From positions 31,098-95,097 of the forward strand of contig PAPV01000002.1 of assembly GCA_002709075.1 (NCBI GenBank): a DNA stretch of 64,000 nucleotides, given 5' to 3'. Below, one piece after another: positions 31,978 to 43,213 of this stretch. A model generated the notes under the pieces. It was not told the origin of the DNA. It was given only the letters and a program-made list of their open reading frames with translations, and made no database searches. This stretch comes from Rhodospirillaceae bacterium (GTDB taxonomy: Bacteria > Pseudomonadota > Alphaproteobacteria > MPNO01 > UBA2964). Positions within the stretch are counted from its first letter, which is position 1. Each line of letters begins with the position of its first letter. Both the position numbers and the translations under genes were made by a program.

Positions 31978-32870
31978 GTCATGCGCCTTAGTATTATCTT
32001 TGCCGTTAAGTTTGCAGTAACGGTGCTAATGAATATGGCAGTCAAACCTATTCCGCCTACACCCAACCACTGAAATGCAGTAAGGTGAACAGGCGGAATT
32101 AAGCCTATTCCAACGCCTTCCATTATACTACCAAGAAACAAAAGTGTGGCGCTGGAAGTTATTAAACCACAAAGTCCGCCTTTTATTGCTAATTTAAATG
32201 TATTTATTGAGAACTGATTCCTAATAAATTCTTCACGAGCGCCAATAAAATGCGTTAACTCGATAATTTCTGAATGAATAGTTAATCCTGTCCGCGTTGA
32301 GAACACAACGGTAGTGATTGCAGAAATTATGACCAATACCATTATTGTCAAAGCTACAATACGAATAGCTTGAGTGAATTCTAACAAGCGATCTACCCAA
32401 AGCGCATGATCATTTAGTCTCACACCTTTAACAGTTGCTTTTAGTGATGCAGAAAGTGCATCCGTATTGATGACCATATTTTTTTTTAGACGCGCATCGA
32501 TTAAAACAGGAATAGGAATGCCCAGTTCGGTAGAAAGTGATTTTTCGCCAAGCCAGGGTTGTAACATTTTATTAATTTCATCAAGTGTTACAACGGAGGC
32601 AGATTCGATGGCAGGAATCTTAGAGAGAAGCGCAAGAAGTTTCTGGGTTTTATTTTTAAGTATTTGAGTATCATCATTTTCCGAAGGTATAATCTGTATT
32701 GTAATTGCGCCAGTCAAAACCCCTTCCCAATTTTTGCTGATATTTGATAGTATCATTGATGCTGCAAAAGCAAGTGTGGCGAGCCATACCATGAAGCCAA
32801 TAATCCATGGTAGAAATCGGTTTGATGGATCGCTGGATAATGGTAAGATAGGTTTAACAAAACTTTTCAC
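31974..32870 (-). CDS. ftsX: cell-division ABC transporter permease FtsX
   Basis: FtsX topology: one TM helix, a periplasmic domain, then three TM helices. 4-nt overlap with ftsE. Confidence 0.8.
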   Translation of the reverse strand: MKSFVKPILPLSSDPSNRFLPWIIGFMVWLATLAFAASMILSNISKNWEGVLTGAITIQIIPSENDDTQILKNKTQKLLALLSKIPAIESASVVTLDEINKMLQPWLGEKSLSTELGIPIPVLIDARLKKNMVINTDALSASLKATVKGVRLNDHALWVDRLLEFTQAIRIVALTIMVLVIISAITTVVFSTRTGLTIHSEIIELTHFIGAREEFIRNQFSINTFKLAIKGGLCGLITSSATLLFLGSIMEGVGIGLIPPVHLTAFQWLGVGGIGLTAIFISTVTANLTAKIILRRMT

Positions 32871-33571
32871 CTGATTGCTCCATTTGTTACGGAACCCTCA
32901 GGGAAATTGAGATGTCCGCTTTCCAAATGTAACCTCGGTAAATCAAAGCGTGAAATTAAGGTTTCGTCATGCGTAGCAACAATAATAGTTGTTCCAATTT
33001 TATTTAATTCTTTTAAAAGAAACATAAATTTCAATGCTATTTGGTCATCAACATTTCCAGTAGGTTCATCCGCTAAAAGCAAGGATGGTCGTGCAATGAC
33101 CGCTCTGGCGATGGCAACACGCTGTTTTTGGCCCCCGGATAGTGTCTCAGGATAATCATGTAAATGTTTTCCCAAACCTACCCAATCTAGCAGTTCGGGC
33201 ACATGTTCTTTCACCTGAACTTCGGAGGCGCCAGCAATACGAAGCGGCAGAGCAACATTATCTAAAGTTGTTAGGCTCGGAATTAAACGAAAGTTTTGGA
33301 ATACCACGCCGATCCGCTGACGAATCCCCGGTAATTCACTACGGTTGATTTTTGTAACGTCCTTTCCAAATAGCCTTATCTTTCCTCTGCTTGGTAGATG
33401 TGCAAGGTAGAGGAGCTTTAAAAGTGTTGATTTCCCCGCTCCACTAGATCCTGTGATGAAGGTAAAAGATCCCTTTTCAAGTGTGAACGATATATCGAGT
33501 AAAATTTCCTGGCTTATACCATAACGCATGCCAACATTCTCAAAGCACACAATTTTATTCTTCTCTTTCAA
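32867..33571 (-). CDS. ftsE: cell-division ABC transporter ATPase FtsE
   Basis: Walker A GSSGAGKST, ABC signature LSGGQKQR and Walker B LLLADEPT. Confidence 0.9.
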   Translation of the reverse strand: MKEKNKIVCFENVGMRYGISQEILLDISFTLEKGSFTFITGSSGAGKSTLLKLLYLAHLPSRGKIRLFGKDVTKINRSELPGIRQRIGVVFQNFRLIPSLTTLDNVALPLRIAGASEVQVKEHVPELLDWVGLGKHLHDYPETLSGGQKQRVAIARAVIARPSLLLADEPTGNVDDQIALKFMFLLKELNKIGTTIIVATHDETLISRFDLPRLHLESGHLNFPEGSVTNGAIR

Positions 33572-33740
33572 TGATTTTCCCCGTCACTCCATGTTTTTAA
33601 AGTCTGCATTGCATTTACAAACCAGTCTAGAGGTCAACCTCTTTATCGCGTGTCTTCTTGCCCTAAACAAAGATTACTTTTATACATCAATAAATAATGC
33701 GCTTTAAGATTGTTTCTAGAGGTATTTGACGCAGCACCCC

Positions 33741-34478
33741 ATGATACTAAAATGTCCCAAATGTCAAATAAGATATCGCATCGATAAGGATGAATTTGGT
33801 TTAGATGTACGTACTGTTCGGTGCAGCAAATGTTCTCACGTTTGGGATCAAGCGCCTATAAGCTCGGTAGAAGTAGAAACTAATGCTGCTAGCTCAACTG
33901 TTGCAAAAAAGAATAGTCCTCCAAACAGACTATCTTCTTCACCAAAGATCCAAACCAATTTGCAGCGCGTTGATAGAGAGGTTCAACCCGCAAAACACAA
34001 AAGAAATATCGCGGACGGCAGCAAAAAGGGCGGCACTACGTCGCTCGTAGTCTGGTTGATAATTGTCACAATATTGCTGATATCAGCATTTTTTACTTAT
34101 TTGAAACGGGAAGAATTAATGGATCAATTTCCGTTTACCGAACAATTATTCGATTTAGTTGGGGTTGAGACATTGCCACCAAGTAGGTTCTTTAAAATAA
34201 CTGTTCGAGAGAAAAACCTAAGCAACACACCTTTTCCAACAATTGATATTGATATTGAAAATATCTCCAACCGTCCTCGCGTCATACCGGTTTTAAAAAT
34301 AGTAATAAGAGATCGATTTAGAAATGTGGTTGATAGCTGGAACCTTCCACTTGAAGCAGTTAAAATTATGCCAGCGGAGAAAAAGCCAATAACAATTGAA
34401 ATCAAAAAAGGTCCACCGCTGGGTGCGCAAATACAGATTTATCCCCATCGCCGGAATAAAACAAATGAACAAAGATGA
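33741..34478 (+). CDS. MJ0042-type zinc-ribbon protein with DUF3426 C-terminal domain
   Basis: MILKCPKCQIRYRI…RCSKCSHVW forms the zinc ribbon, followed by a TM helix and a DUF3426-like periplasmic domain. ATG 33741 preferred over TTG 33726. Confidence 0.7.
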   Translation: MILKCPKCQIRYRIDKDEFGLDVRTVRCSKCSHVWDQAPISSVEVETNAASSTVAKKNSPPNRLSSSPKIQTNLQRVDREVQPAKHKRNIADGSKKGGTTSLVVWLIIVTILLISAFFTYLKREELMDQFPFTEQLFDLVGVETLPPSRFFKITVREKNLSNTPFPTIDIDIENISNRPRVIPVLKIVIRDRFRNVVDSWNLPLEAVKIMPAEKKPITIEIKKGPPLGAQIQIYPHRRNKTNEQR

Positions 34479-35025
34479 GGTCGATTTACTTTTTGATGCG
34501 CAGACAATTTCAAAGAGAATTTCTTCCCTTGGATGTGCAATTGCTAAAAACGAACCATCAGATCTATTTGTTGTAGTTATCTTAAAGGGAAGTTTTGTTT
34601 TTGCCGCAGATTTAATTCGTGCGATTGAAGATGCTGGTACTTCAACCAAAGTAGATTTTATCACTCTTTCTAGTTATGGTTCTGGTTATGAAAGTAGTGG
34701 AACAGTCAAACTAGTTCATGATTTGTCGGAGAGCGTGAAGGGTAGGACGGTGCTTATCGTGGATGATATTCTTGAGTCAGGTAGGACTATAGCATTTGCA
34801 CGCGATACAATGCGAAAACGTCAAGCAAAAACAGTTAAAACATGTTTACTGCTCGACAAACCGAAAAAACGTATTGTTGACATCGAAGCAGATTATCTTG
34901 GTTTCAAGATTGAGGATCAATTTGTGGTAGGATATGGGATTGATTTAGCGAATCGCTATCGTGGGTTGCCATTTTTAGGTGTAGTGCCTTCTGGCCTTGA
35001 TCAAACCAGCATTGAAAAAATTTAA
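34465..35025 (+). CDS. hpt: hypoxanthine phosphoribosyltransferase
   Basis: PRPP-binding motif VLIVDDILESGRT. The true N-terminus MNKDEVDLLF begins at 34465; the listed 34396 start lies inside the previous gene. Confidence 0.85.
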   Translation: MNKDEVDLLFDAQTISKRISSLGCAIAKNEPSDLFVVVILKGSFVFAADLIRAIEDAGTSTKVDFITLSSYGSGYESSGTVKLVHDLSESVKGRTVLIVDDILESGRTIAFARDTMRKRQAKTVKTCLLLDKPKKRIVDIEADYLGFKIEDQFVVGYGIDLANRYRGLPFLGVVPSGLDQTSIEKI

Positions 35026-35208
35026 ACTTTTTTATCTATAAATTTTCCAAAATTTTCGTATTCTTTGAGTTTTACATCTTTTTAGAGGTAAATTCATTTA
35101 ACCATATTACACCCATAACATTGGGTTGATGCTGGTTAAGGCAAACGAAAGACACTGATATCAAATCCATCATCGGAAGACCTAAAGCAGATTTAGTCAA
35201 TTAAAAGT

Positions 35209-36465
35209 TCAAAGCCATGAAGGGATGCGGTCTAACGATAAGATATGGGAGTAAGTCGGTCTTGGACGAATTATCGAAAATTCTTGATCTTTGACTAAAA
35301 CTTCGGGCGTTGGCAGGCGCGTATTGTACGATGATCCCATGACTGCTCCGTAAGCGCCAGCGGAACAAAGAGCAATCAAATCATGGGAAGTTAAATTTGG
35401 CAGGTGAACCTCTCTGACTAAAATATCTCCTGTTTCACAAACCGGGCCAACTATTTGTGCTGGTCTTGCAACACCTTGTGAGACTTCTTTCTCGCATAAA
35501 ATACAATGTTCTGCATCATAAAGTGTTGGACGGATAAAGTCATTCATTGCCGCGTCAACTATCACAAATCTGTGCACTGCTGTTTCTTTGATAAAAATTA
35601 CCTTTGAAACGAGTATTCCAGCATTAGCAACTAAAAACCTTCCGGGTTCAACGGTAATCTCAACATCTAGTCCACCAATAGTTTCATTGATAACTTTTGC
35701 ATAAGACATAGGGGTGGGGGGCGTTTCATCTATATAATTCACACCTAATCCTCCACCCAAATCGACATGAGTAACAGAGTGACCACTGGTACGCAGAACT
35801 TGCACTAGTTTTGACAGTCTCTCGAAGGCATATCTAAACGGTTTCAGAGAAGTAAGTTGGGAGCCAATATGTATTGCGAGCCCAACGGTTTTAAGGCCAG
35901 ACATTTTTGTCGCGCGACCGTAAAGCTCGGGCGTGTCCTCAATGTCTATACCAAATTTGTCGGTCTTACGTCCTGTGGATATCTTTTCATGGGTTTCTGC
36001 ATCCACGTCCGGATTAACACGCAAAGCAACGGGAGCAACCGACCCCATTTTTGAGGCAATATTTGAAATAAGCTCAAGCTCTGGCAAGGACTCTACGTTG
36101 AATTGCCCTATCCTTTCGGTTAATGCAAAATGAATTTCTTCGGCTGTTTTTCCTACCCCAGAAAATACAATTTGATGAGCGGGTATGCCCGCAGCTAAGG
36201 CCCGGAGAAGCTCTCCCTTGCTAACAACATCAGCGCCGCTGCCACGAGCTGCGAGAGTTTTTATAACAGCTTGATTGGAATTTGCTTTTACTGCATAGCA
36301 AATATTGGCATTTAACGGATGCAACGCAGTATTTAAACTATCATATTGTTTTTCTAATGCTGAACTTGAATAACAAAAAAACGGTGTTCCTACACGATCA
36401 GCAATTTGAGCAATTCCTACCTCCTCAGCAAAAAGGTGACCATTTCGATAATTAAAGTACTTCAT
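35209..36465 (-). CDS. lysA: diaminopimelate decarboxylase
   Basis: Fold-III PLP decarboxylase. Carries the PLP-lysine motif YAVKAN, an HIGSQ-type motif and EPGR. Confidence 0.9.
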   Translation of the reverse strand: MKYFNYRNGHLFAEEVGIAQIADRVGTPFFCYSSSALEKQYDSLNTALHPLNANICYAVKANSNQAVIKTLAARGSGADVVSKGELLRALAAGIPAHQIVFSGVGKTAEEIHFALTERIGQFNVESLPELELISNIASKMGSVAPVALRVNPDVDAETHEKISTGRKTDKFGIDIEDTPELYGRATKMSGLKTVGLAIHIGSQLTSLKPFRYAFERLSKLVQVLRTSGHSVTHVDLGGGLGVNYIDETPPTPMSYAKVINETIGGLDVEITVEPGRFLVANAGILVSKVIFIKETAVHRFVIVDAAMNDFIRPTLYDAEHCILCEKEVSQGVARPAQIVGPVCETGDILVREVHLPNLTSHDLIALCSAGAYGAVMGSSYNTRLPTPEVLVKDQEFSIIRPRPTYSHILSLDRIPSWL

Positions 36466-36590
36466 TTTGGATATTTCCGGGAATAAGTATCTATCTGATC
36501 ATTTGGAACTTGGGGGTCTCCTTTTTTTCCACATGATCCGGTTAGAGTTATAAGTGCGAAGTATAATAGCGAAATTATCACCTTTTTCAT
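36462..36590 (-). CDS. small lipoprotein (LptM/YifL-like), 42 aa
   Basis: Absent from the ORF track. Sequence [42 protein letters not shown] has a signal peptide and lipobox LTGSC. An AAGGAAAG RBS lies 9 nt upstream. Its ATG overlaps the argH stop (ATGA) and its TGA overlaps the lysA ATG (ATGA). Confidence 0.6.
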   Translation of the reverse strand: MKKVIISLLYFALITLTGSCGKKGDPQVPNDQIDTYSRKYPK

Positions 36591-38011
36591 TTAATGATTC
36601 TTTCCTTAGCTAAACTGATCTGTACTCGTACATTTTCTGGTGATGTCCCCCCATAACTAGTTCGGCTTGAAACGGAATTTGATACGCTCAGCACATCAAA
36701 GATACCTTTGGTTATACCATTTTCTAATTTTTTCAATTCTGTGAGGTTTAAATCAGCTAGGTTGCAGCCTCTTTTTTCTGCTAATCGAACAATTTCTCCA
36801 GTAATGTGGTGTGCTTTTCTGAATGGCATTTTTAGTTCTCTTACCAGCCAATCAGCAAGGTCTGTCGCTGTGCTAAAGCCAGAGCCTGCAGCAACCTGCA
36901 TAGTGTTTCTGTTAAAACGTAAATCTTTAATCATGCCAGTCATAGCGTTCAAACATAATGACAATGAGTCCCATGAGTCGAAAGTTGGTTCTTTGTCTTC
37001 TTGCATATCCTTGGAATATGCAAGTGGTAGGCCTTTTAAGACTGTCAGTAAAGAAATTAGATCGCCGTTAATGCGTCCAGTCTTCGATCGAATTAGTTCA
37101 GCTGCATCAGGGTTTCGCTTCTGCGGCATTATTGAGCTTCCTGTGGTGAAAGAGTCGCTCAGGCAAGCAAAAGAAAATTGTGCTGAACACCATAATACTA
37201 TTTCTTCTGCTAATCGTGACAGATGCATTGCACAAATGGAAGATGCTGACATAAATTCCAATGCAAAATCCCTTGCAGAAACGGAATCCAAAGAATTCGC
37301 TGTTGGTTTTTCGAAGCCGAGTGCTCTCGCGGTCTCATATCTATCAATTGGAAATGATGTTCCGGCGAGTGCAGCAGCGCCAAGTGGACATTCATTTAGG
37401 CGTTTTCGTGCGTCAGAGAAACGCCCCTTATCTCTTCCAAACATCTCAACGTAAGCATGCAAATGATGCCCTAGCGTTATCGGTTGCGCTGCTTGCAAAT
37501 GGGTGAAACCAGGCATGATCCAATCATAATGCAAATCAGCTTGCTCCAGTAACACAGCTTGTAAATCGGTTAGGTATGTATCTGCACGATCTGTTGCATC
37601 ACGTATCCACAATCGAAAATCTGTAGCAACCTGATCATTTCGTGATCTTGCTGTATGCAAACAACCTGCATTGTCTCCTATTAATTCATGCAGACGGCTT
37701 TCGATATTAAGGTGAATATCCTCCATTGAACTTCGAAAATTAAACACACCAGTTTCTATTTCGATAAGTATTCTTTCCAGTCCGGCAATTATTTTATTTC
37801 CGGTCTTGGTGTCCAAAATTTTACTTTTTACAAGCATCATACAGTGCGATTTGGATGCTTCTATATCCTGAAGGTATAACCGCTGATCGAAATTGATTGA
37901 AGAATTTATTGCCTCCATGATTTTGTCAGGTCCAGATTGAAATCGGCCACCCCACATGCTATTTGAGGCGGTATCTAGTTTGTCTTGATTTTTCTTTTGG
38001 TTGTCGGTCAT
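36587..38011 (-). CDS. argH: argininosuccinate lyase
   Basis: Fumarase/aspartase-family signature [12 protein letters not shown]; 474 aa. Confidence 0.9.
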   Translation of the reverse strand: MTDNQKKNQDKLDTASNSMWGGRFQSGPDKIMEAINSSINFDQRLYLQDIEASKSHCMMLVKSKILDTKTGNKIIAGLERILIEIETGVFNFRSSMEDIHLNIESRLHELIGDNAGCLHTARSRNDQVATDFRLWIRDATDRADTYLTDLQAVLLEQADLHYDWIMPGFTHLQAAQPITLGHHLHAYVEMFGRDKGRFSDARKRLNECPLGAAALAGTSFPIDRYETARALGFEKPTANSLDSVSARDFALEFMSASSICAMHLSRLAEEIVLWCSAQFSFACLSDSFTTGSSIMPQKRNPDAAELIRSKTGRINGDLISLLTVLKGLPLAYSKDMQEDKEPTFDSWDSLSLCLNAMTGMIKDLRFNRNTMQVAAGSGFSTATDLADWLVRELKMPFRKAHHITGEIVRLAEKRGCNLADLNLTELKKLENGITKGIFDVLSVSNSVSSRTSYGGTSPENVRVQISLAKERIIK

Positions 38012-38040
38012 AAGCTTATCTCTTAGCAGGAATACTTAAA

Positions 38041-38607
38041 GTGTCTCGATTTACATTAAAGGTATTAGTTTTTCTATCACTATTACTAGCTCTTTGCTTT
38101 TTTTTCATCGTGAAATCCAATAAAAATGACCAGTATCCACCTCTTTCAGGTTGGATGGAGAAATTTGTTGCAGTGGACGTGCGTTCGAAGCCCGCAGAAT
38201 TTTCTTTGCAAGGACGTAATGGTTCCAATAAGGTGTTCTCTGAGTGGAGAGGTAAAATCACTCTTGTAAATTTTTGGGCAACTTGGTGTTCTCCATGCGT
38301 TCGTGAATTGCCATCGTTGATGCGTCTTTCTCAAAAACTGGATAATAAAAACTTTGCTGTAGTTGCTTTATCACAGGATTCTTCAGGTTGGAGAAAGATT
38401 ATCCCTTTCATTCAAAAAAACAACTTACATTCACTGCCTGTGTACCTGGCACTAAATGGCTCATTTTTGTCCTCGTTTAATGTTAGAGCGTTGCCCACTT
38501 CAATTCTTTTTGATCGTGAGGGGCATGAAATTGGACGCCTCACTGGGCATGCAGAATGGGATAGTGCAGAGGCATTAGAACTAATACAACATTACTCCAA
38601 GGAATAA
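38041..38607 (+). CDS. TlpA-like periplasmic thiol:disulfide oxidoreductase
   Basis: N-terminal TM/signal region and a thioredoxin fold with WATWCSPC. GTG start lies 29 bp from the divergent argH. Confidence 0.75.
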   Translation: MSRFTLKVLVFLSLLLALCFFFIVKSNKNDQYPPLSGWMEKFVAVDVRSKPAEFSLQGRNGSNKVFSEWRGKITLVNFWATWCSPCVRELPSLMRLSQKLDNKNFAVVALSQDSSGWRKIIPFIQKNNLHSLPVYLALNGSFLSSFNVRALPTSILFDREGHEIGRLTGHAEWDSAEALELIQHYSKE

Positions 38608-38609
38608 AT

Positions 38610-39554
38610 TTAACGAGTTGGAACTGGTTCTTCGCCTGAATAATCATAAAATCCTCTACCAGTCTTTCTGCCTAGCCAACCAGCTTCGACATATTTAGCA
38701 AGAAGTGGACAGGGCCGATATTTACTATCCCCTAGTCCATCATATAGCACTTGCATTATTGAATAACACGTATCCAGCCCTATAAAATCAGCTAATTCTA
38801 AGGGCCCCATCGGGTGATTGGCTCCGAGTTTCATGGCAGTGTCAAGATCAACTACAGATCCTACCCCCTCATGTAGGGTGTAGACTGCCTCATTAATCAT
38901 CGGCAATAGTATTCTGTTTACAATAAACGCAGGAAAATCCTCCGAATTAACTGTAGATTTCCCGAGCGCAGTTGCAAAAATACCTATTTGCGTGTAAGTT
39001 TCCGAACTTGTCGCGATTCCCCGAATCAATTCTACTAGCTTCATTACTGGTACTGGGTTCATAAAATGGAGACCCATAAATTTTTCTGGGCGATCGGTGG
39101 AAGCTGCTAATCTTGTTATTGATATAGATGAGGTGTTTGTTGCCAAAAATGTTTCCGTGTTGAGGTAGGGTATGAGATTTCTAAAAATTGTCTTCTTGAT
39201 TTCTTCTTCTTCGGTTGCCGCTTCAATTACAAGGTCGCATTCGCCAATATTGTTATAATCCGTTGTAGGGGTAATATTTTTGATCGTTTTTTCCATTTTC
39301 TCAACCGTGCATTGCTTCTTTTCGATCAGACGGTTGAGCCTCTTCTCAATTGCGTTAATTGACCTTTTAAGAATATCGTCACTTATATCGACAAGTGTTA
39401 CTTGAAAACCTCCTTGCCCTGAAATCTGAGCAATACCGCTGCCCATTTGTCCAGCACCAATTACCCCTACATTTCTGATTACTAGGGGTTCTACTGCTTT
39501 ATCCCTGTTTTGTTTGGCTGGGTTTTTTTCTGTATCCATCATTGGATTTAGCAC
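38610..39554 (-). CDS. hbd: 3-hydroxyacyl-CoA (3-hydroxybutyryl-CoA) dehydrogenase
   Basis: NAD-binding motif [14 protein letters not shown] and 3HCDH N- and C-domains. Confidence 0.85.
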   Translation of the reverse strand: MLNPMMDTEKNPAKQNRDKAVEPLVIRNVGVIGAGQMGSGIAQISGQGGFQVTLVDISDDILKRSINAIEKRLNRLIEKKQCTVEKMEKTIKNITPTTDYNNIGECDLVIEAATEEEEIKKTIFRNLIPYLNTETFLATNTSSISITRLAASTDRPEKFMGLHFMNPVPVMKLVELIRGIATSSETYTQIGIFATALGKSTVNSEDFPAFIVNRILLPMINEAVYTLHEGVGSVVDLDTAMKLGANHPMGPLELADFIGLDTCYSIMQVLYDGLGDSKYRPCPLLAKYVEAGWLGRKTGRGFYDYSGEEPVPTR

Positions 39555-39606
39555 TTTTACTTTTTAGCAATAGGGTCTTATAGCGTGACACATATTTTTG
39601 CTTTTC

Positions 39607-40563
39607 TCAACGTGGTTTGATTGCCTGTTTGTCTAGTTCTTCTGCAAGGTGGGGCATTAACTCGAACAGATCTCCAACAAGACCGTAGTCAGCTATTTGG
39701 AAAATTGGTGCTTCTTCATCTTTATTGATAGCTGCTATTACTTTGCTATCTTTCATCCCGGCAAGGTGCTGTATGGCCCCAGAAATACCAACTGCAAGAT
39801 AAAGCTCAGGAGCAATGACTTTACCAGTCTGTCCCACTTGATAATCATTAGGCACGTAGCCGGCGTCCACGGCTGCACGCGATGCGCCGACAGCGGCGCC
39901 AAGACGATCCGCTACTGCTTCCACCAGAGGAAAATTATCACCTGATTGCATTCCACGCCCTCCAGAGACAACTACACGGGCCGATGTAAGCTCTGGTCTC
40001 TCTGATTTTGTTAATTCCTGACCAATAAAATTTGATATGCCAGGGTCATCGACTGCGTTTAATTCTTCAATATTCGCATTTCCACCGTCTGATTGAGCTT
40101 TTTCAAATGCAGTGGTTCGAACAGTGACGACCATTCTCTCATCATCAGTCTGCACAGTAGCAAGCGCATTACCAGCATAGATTGGTCTTACATAAGTTTT
40201 TGGGTCCTTTACATCTATTATGTCCGAGACCTGAATTTGATCAAGTAATGCAGCTACTCTTGGTGCTATATTTCGGCCCATAGTGGTATGCGGTGCCACT
40301 ATATGCGTGTAATTTCCGGAAAGACTAACTACGAGCGCAGCCACAGGCTCCGCCAGCCATGATTTATATGATGGGGAATCGGCGTATTTTACTGTCGCAA
40401 CTCCCTTAAAATTTGATGCATTTTCTGCAACTTCCTTGCATTCATTTCCAACGCAAAGCAGATCCACTTCTCCGCCAGATATTACTTGTGCTGCAGTGAT
40501 CGTGTTGAGTGTGCTATCTTTAATTTGATTATTGTCGTGCTCAGCAATAACAAGTACCGCCAT
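39607..40563 (-). CDS. etfA: electron transfer flavoprotein alpha subunit
   Basis: EtfA FAD-binding C-terminal region ([19 protein letters not shown]). Confidence 0.9.
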   Translation of the reverse strand: MAVLVIAEHDNNQIKDSTLNTITAAQVISGGEVDLLCVGNECKEVAENASNFKGVATVKYADSPSYKSWLAEPVAALVVSLSGNYTHIVAPHTTMGRNIAPRVAALLDQIQVSDIIDVKDPKTYVRPIYAGNALATVQTDDERMVVTVRTTAFEKAQSDGGNANIEELNAVDDPGISNFIGQELTKSERPELTSARVVVSGGRGMQSGDNFPLVEAVADRLGAAVGASRAAVDAGYVPNDYQVGQTGKVIAPELYLAVGISGAIQHLAGMKDSKVIAAINKDEEAPIFQIADYGLVGDLFELMPHLAEELDKQAIKPR

Positions 40564-41312
40564 TATATTACTCCTGCTTCATTTTTCAATTTTTCGACTA
40601 ATTCTGTTACATCTGCAACTTTATGCCCTCCTTCACGAGGCGGTGGTTCATCAACTCGCAATGTTCGAATGCGCGGAGTTACGTCAACACCAAGATCAAT
40701 CGGAGTGTATTCTGTTATAGGTTTCTTTTTAGCCTTCATTATATTCGGAAGCGATGCATACCGTGGCTCATTTAAGCGAAGGTCAGTCGTTACAACCGCC
40801 GGTAGTTTTAAAGCTACTGTCTCTAGTCCACCGTCAATTTCTCTCGTTACCTTTAGTTCCTGGTCCATAAATTCCAGTTTTGAGGCGAAGGTGCCTTGTG
40901 GCCAACCCAAAAGTGCTGCCAGCATTTGACCAGTTTGGCTGCAATCATCATCAATAGCTTGTTTACCTAAAACTACCAAATCAGGTGATTCCTTTTCTAC
41001 TAATCCTTTGAGCAACTTAGCCACAGCAAGAGGTTGCAGTTCTTCATTACTTACTAAATGGATACCCCTATCAGCACCCATTGCCATTGCTGTGCGAATA
41101 GTCTCGGTACATTTACTTTCGCCCATAGAAACTGCTATCACTTCGGTTGCTTTTCCTGACTCAGAAAGTCTGACTGCTTCTTCCACCGCAATTTCATCAA
41201 AAGGGTTCATTGACATTTTTACATTTGTAAGTTCGACACCGGAATTATCACCCTTAACGCGAACCTTTACATTATAATCGACGACACGTTTAACTGCGAC
41301 CAATATTTTCAT
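40563..41312 (-). CDS. etfB: electron transfer flavoprotein beta subunit
   Basis: N-terminus [19 protein letters not shown] is typical of EtfB. 1-nt overlap with etfA. Confidence 0.9.
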   Translation of the reverse strand: MKILVAVKRVVDYNVKVRVKGDNSGVELTNVKMSMNPFDEIAVEEAVRLSESGKATEVIAVSMGESKCTETIRTAMAMGADRGIHLVSNEELQPLAVAKLLKGLVEKESPDLVVLGKQAIDDDCSQTGQMLAALLGWPQGTFASKLEFMDQELKVTREIDGGLETVALKLPAVVTTDLRLNEPRYASLPNIMKAKKKPITEYTPIDLGVDVTPRIRTLRVDEPPPREGGHKVADVTELVEKLKNEAGVI

Positions 41313-41449
41313 GATACCTCTGTATTACTAGGAAATAACCTAACTACCTACTCTCCAGATTATGTTAAAATTGTTTGTACACAAACAAAAATACCTTATC
41401 TACTCAGATGTCAAGTTGGTTCTTGCTTGCAAAAAGACAACCGTTGGAT

Positions 41450-41638
41450 TTATTGGCTAACTAGAAAGACAATACCAAGCAGTATAATCGTCGCAAACTG
41501 AAAAAATACGCGCAACTGCATTAGTTTATTAGACCATTTACTATTCATTCTTCCCTGATGTATCATACCAACAACACCTATAATCAGCATTACAAGAGTT
41601 GCTAGCATAGCTATGACGAGCAGGATAGAAAAAATCAT
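41450..41638 (-). CDS. twin-transmembrane-helix small protein (HIG1-like)
   Basis: 62 aa with two hydrophobic helices flanking a basic loop (HQGRMNSKWSNKLMQLR). Confidence 0.45.
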   Translation of the reverse strand: MIFSILLVIAMLATLVMLIIGVVGMIHQGRMNSKWSNKLMQLRVFFQFATIILLGIVFLVSQ

Positions 41639-41717
41639 GTGGCTAATATAACCTAAATTTTATTATTTTGGATAGAGTTAACTTTTTTCTAATTAGGAAT
41701 TGCGGTAGGAATGTTAC

Positions 41718-42566
41718 ATGAGTTTTCTTGACCGCGTCCTTGAGTGTAATAATGCAGCTAGCATAGATGGCGTTTTACCTTTTCTCTGCGAAGAAATTCG
41801 TGTTGGGTGGGTGGAAGCAAAGTTTGCAGCAGCACTAGCTAGTTTTCCGGAAGTCTTTTCCTTCGGACCCGATGGAATATCGATTATAGAGGATTTAATT
41901 GGTTACAATGAACGAACACTTGCCATGGATAAAGTTGTACGTTCATTAAAATCAGAAGGTTGGTTCGGTGATTGGAGAGATGAGAGGTATCCAGTAGGAA
42001 CTAGCTTTTATGAAAAATCATTTTTTGAAATTGAGCGTTCAGCTGTACCGAGGTTTGGGATTAGGGCATATGGCGTTCATGTAAACGGGTTTGTGCGATC
42101 TGTTGAGGGAATACATTTATGGATTGGAAGGCGGTCAGCAGATAAAGCTAATTATCCTGAACTTCTCGATAATATGGTTGCGGGTGGACAACCGGTTGGA
42201 ATTAGTCTCATCGAAAACGTAATTAAGGAAGCGAGCGAGGAAGCTTCAATTCCGAGACCAATCGCGGAAAAGGCAATTCCTGTTGGAGCAATCAGCTATT
42301 TCCATCAGTCTGCCGATGGTATTAAGCCTGATATTATGTTCAATTTTGACATGGAGGTTCCAAAAGGATTTGTTCCAAAACCCCGCGACGGTGAAATGTC
42401 ATCCTTTGAACTTATTCCTGTAGAGATGGTTATGCAAATTTGCTCAGAGACTCAAGAATTTAAATTTAATTGTGCGCTCGTTAATATCGACTTTTTTATA
42501 AGACACGGTTTACTCTCTCCCATGCATCCGGATTATTTAAAACTAGTGAGAGGGATGCATAGTTGA
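41718..42566 (+). CDS. NUDIX-family hydrolase with N-terminal DUF4743-like domain
   Basis: Degenerate Nudix box (…GISLIENVIKEASEEASI…) preceded by a ~120-aa domain. Confidence 0.5.
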   Translation: MSFLDRVLECNNAASIDGVLPFLCEEIRVGWVEAKFAAALASFPEVFSFGPDGISIIEDLIGYNERTLAMDKVVRSLKSEGWFGDWRDERYPVGTSFYEKSFFEIERSAVPRFGIRAYGVHVNGFVRSVEGIHLWIGRRSADKANYPELLDNMVAGGQPVGISLIENVIKEASEEASIPRPIAEKAIPVGAISYFHQSADGIKPDIMFNFDMEVPKGFVPKPRDGEMSSFELIPVEMVMQICSETQEFKFNCALVNIDFFIRHGLLSPMHPDYLKLVRGMHS

Positions 42567-43213
42567 GACTTTTATTGACCAAGAAACGTTTGGCCGAAGG
42601 TGTTGAATTGCTGTGTTCAAAAGACAAACGTCTGCGTTCAGTCGTAGATCGACTGGGATCGCCTCCGCAATGGTATAGAAGACCAGGATTTCGAACACTA
42701 TTATACCTCATTTTGGAACAACAAGTTTCTCTTGCATCAGCTAGGGCTATTTGGAATAAGCTGGTAGCCCTAAAACAATCAGAACCGACACCGTCTAAGT
42801 TCTTGGAAATAACAGATGAAGAGCTTCGTAGTGTGGGTTTTTCTCGTCAGAAAATACGCTACGGTAGATTGCTTTCCGAAGCGATAATTTTGCGCAGAAT
42901 TAAATTAGATCAACTGCAGAGGTTCGATGATGTCAATGTACATGCCAAACTTACTGCTATCACAGGGATCGGGCGCTGGACGGCCGACGTATATATGATG
43001 GAGGCAATGCGGAGGGCTGATATTTGGCCAGTGGGAGATCTTGCACTGGCCACTAGCGTAACTGAGGTGCTTGGCTTGCAGGGTCGACCAAACGTGGCAG
43101 ATTTGGAAATTATTGGAACAAGATTTAAACCTTGGCGTTCTGTGGCCGCCCGCATTTTTTGGCATCATTATCTTTCGGATCCTAAGCGCAAAGGGAGTTC
43201 TAAACCGACATGA
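42563..43213 (+). CDS. HhH-GPD DNA glycosylase (AlkA C-terminal-domain type)
   Basis: Helix-hairpin-helix GIG motif (ITGIGRWTADVYMM) and the catalytic Asp region. 4-nt overlaps on both sides. Confidence 0.7.
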   Translation: MRLLLTKKRLAEGVELLCSKDKRLRSVVDRLGSPPQWYRRPGFRTLLYLILEQQVSLASARAIWNKLVALKQSEPTPSKFLEITDEELRSVGFSRQKIRYGRLLSEAIILRRIKLDQLQRFDDVNVHAKLTAITGIGRWTADVYMMEAMRRADIWPVGDLALATSVTEVLGLQGRPNVADLEIIGTRFKPWRSVAARIFWHHYLSDPKRKGSSKPT

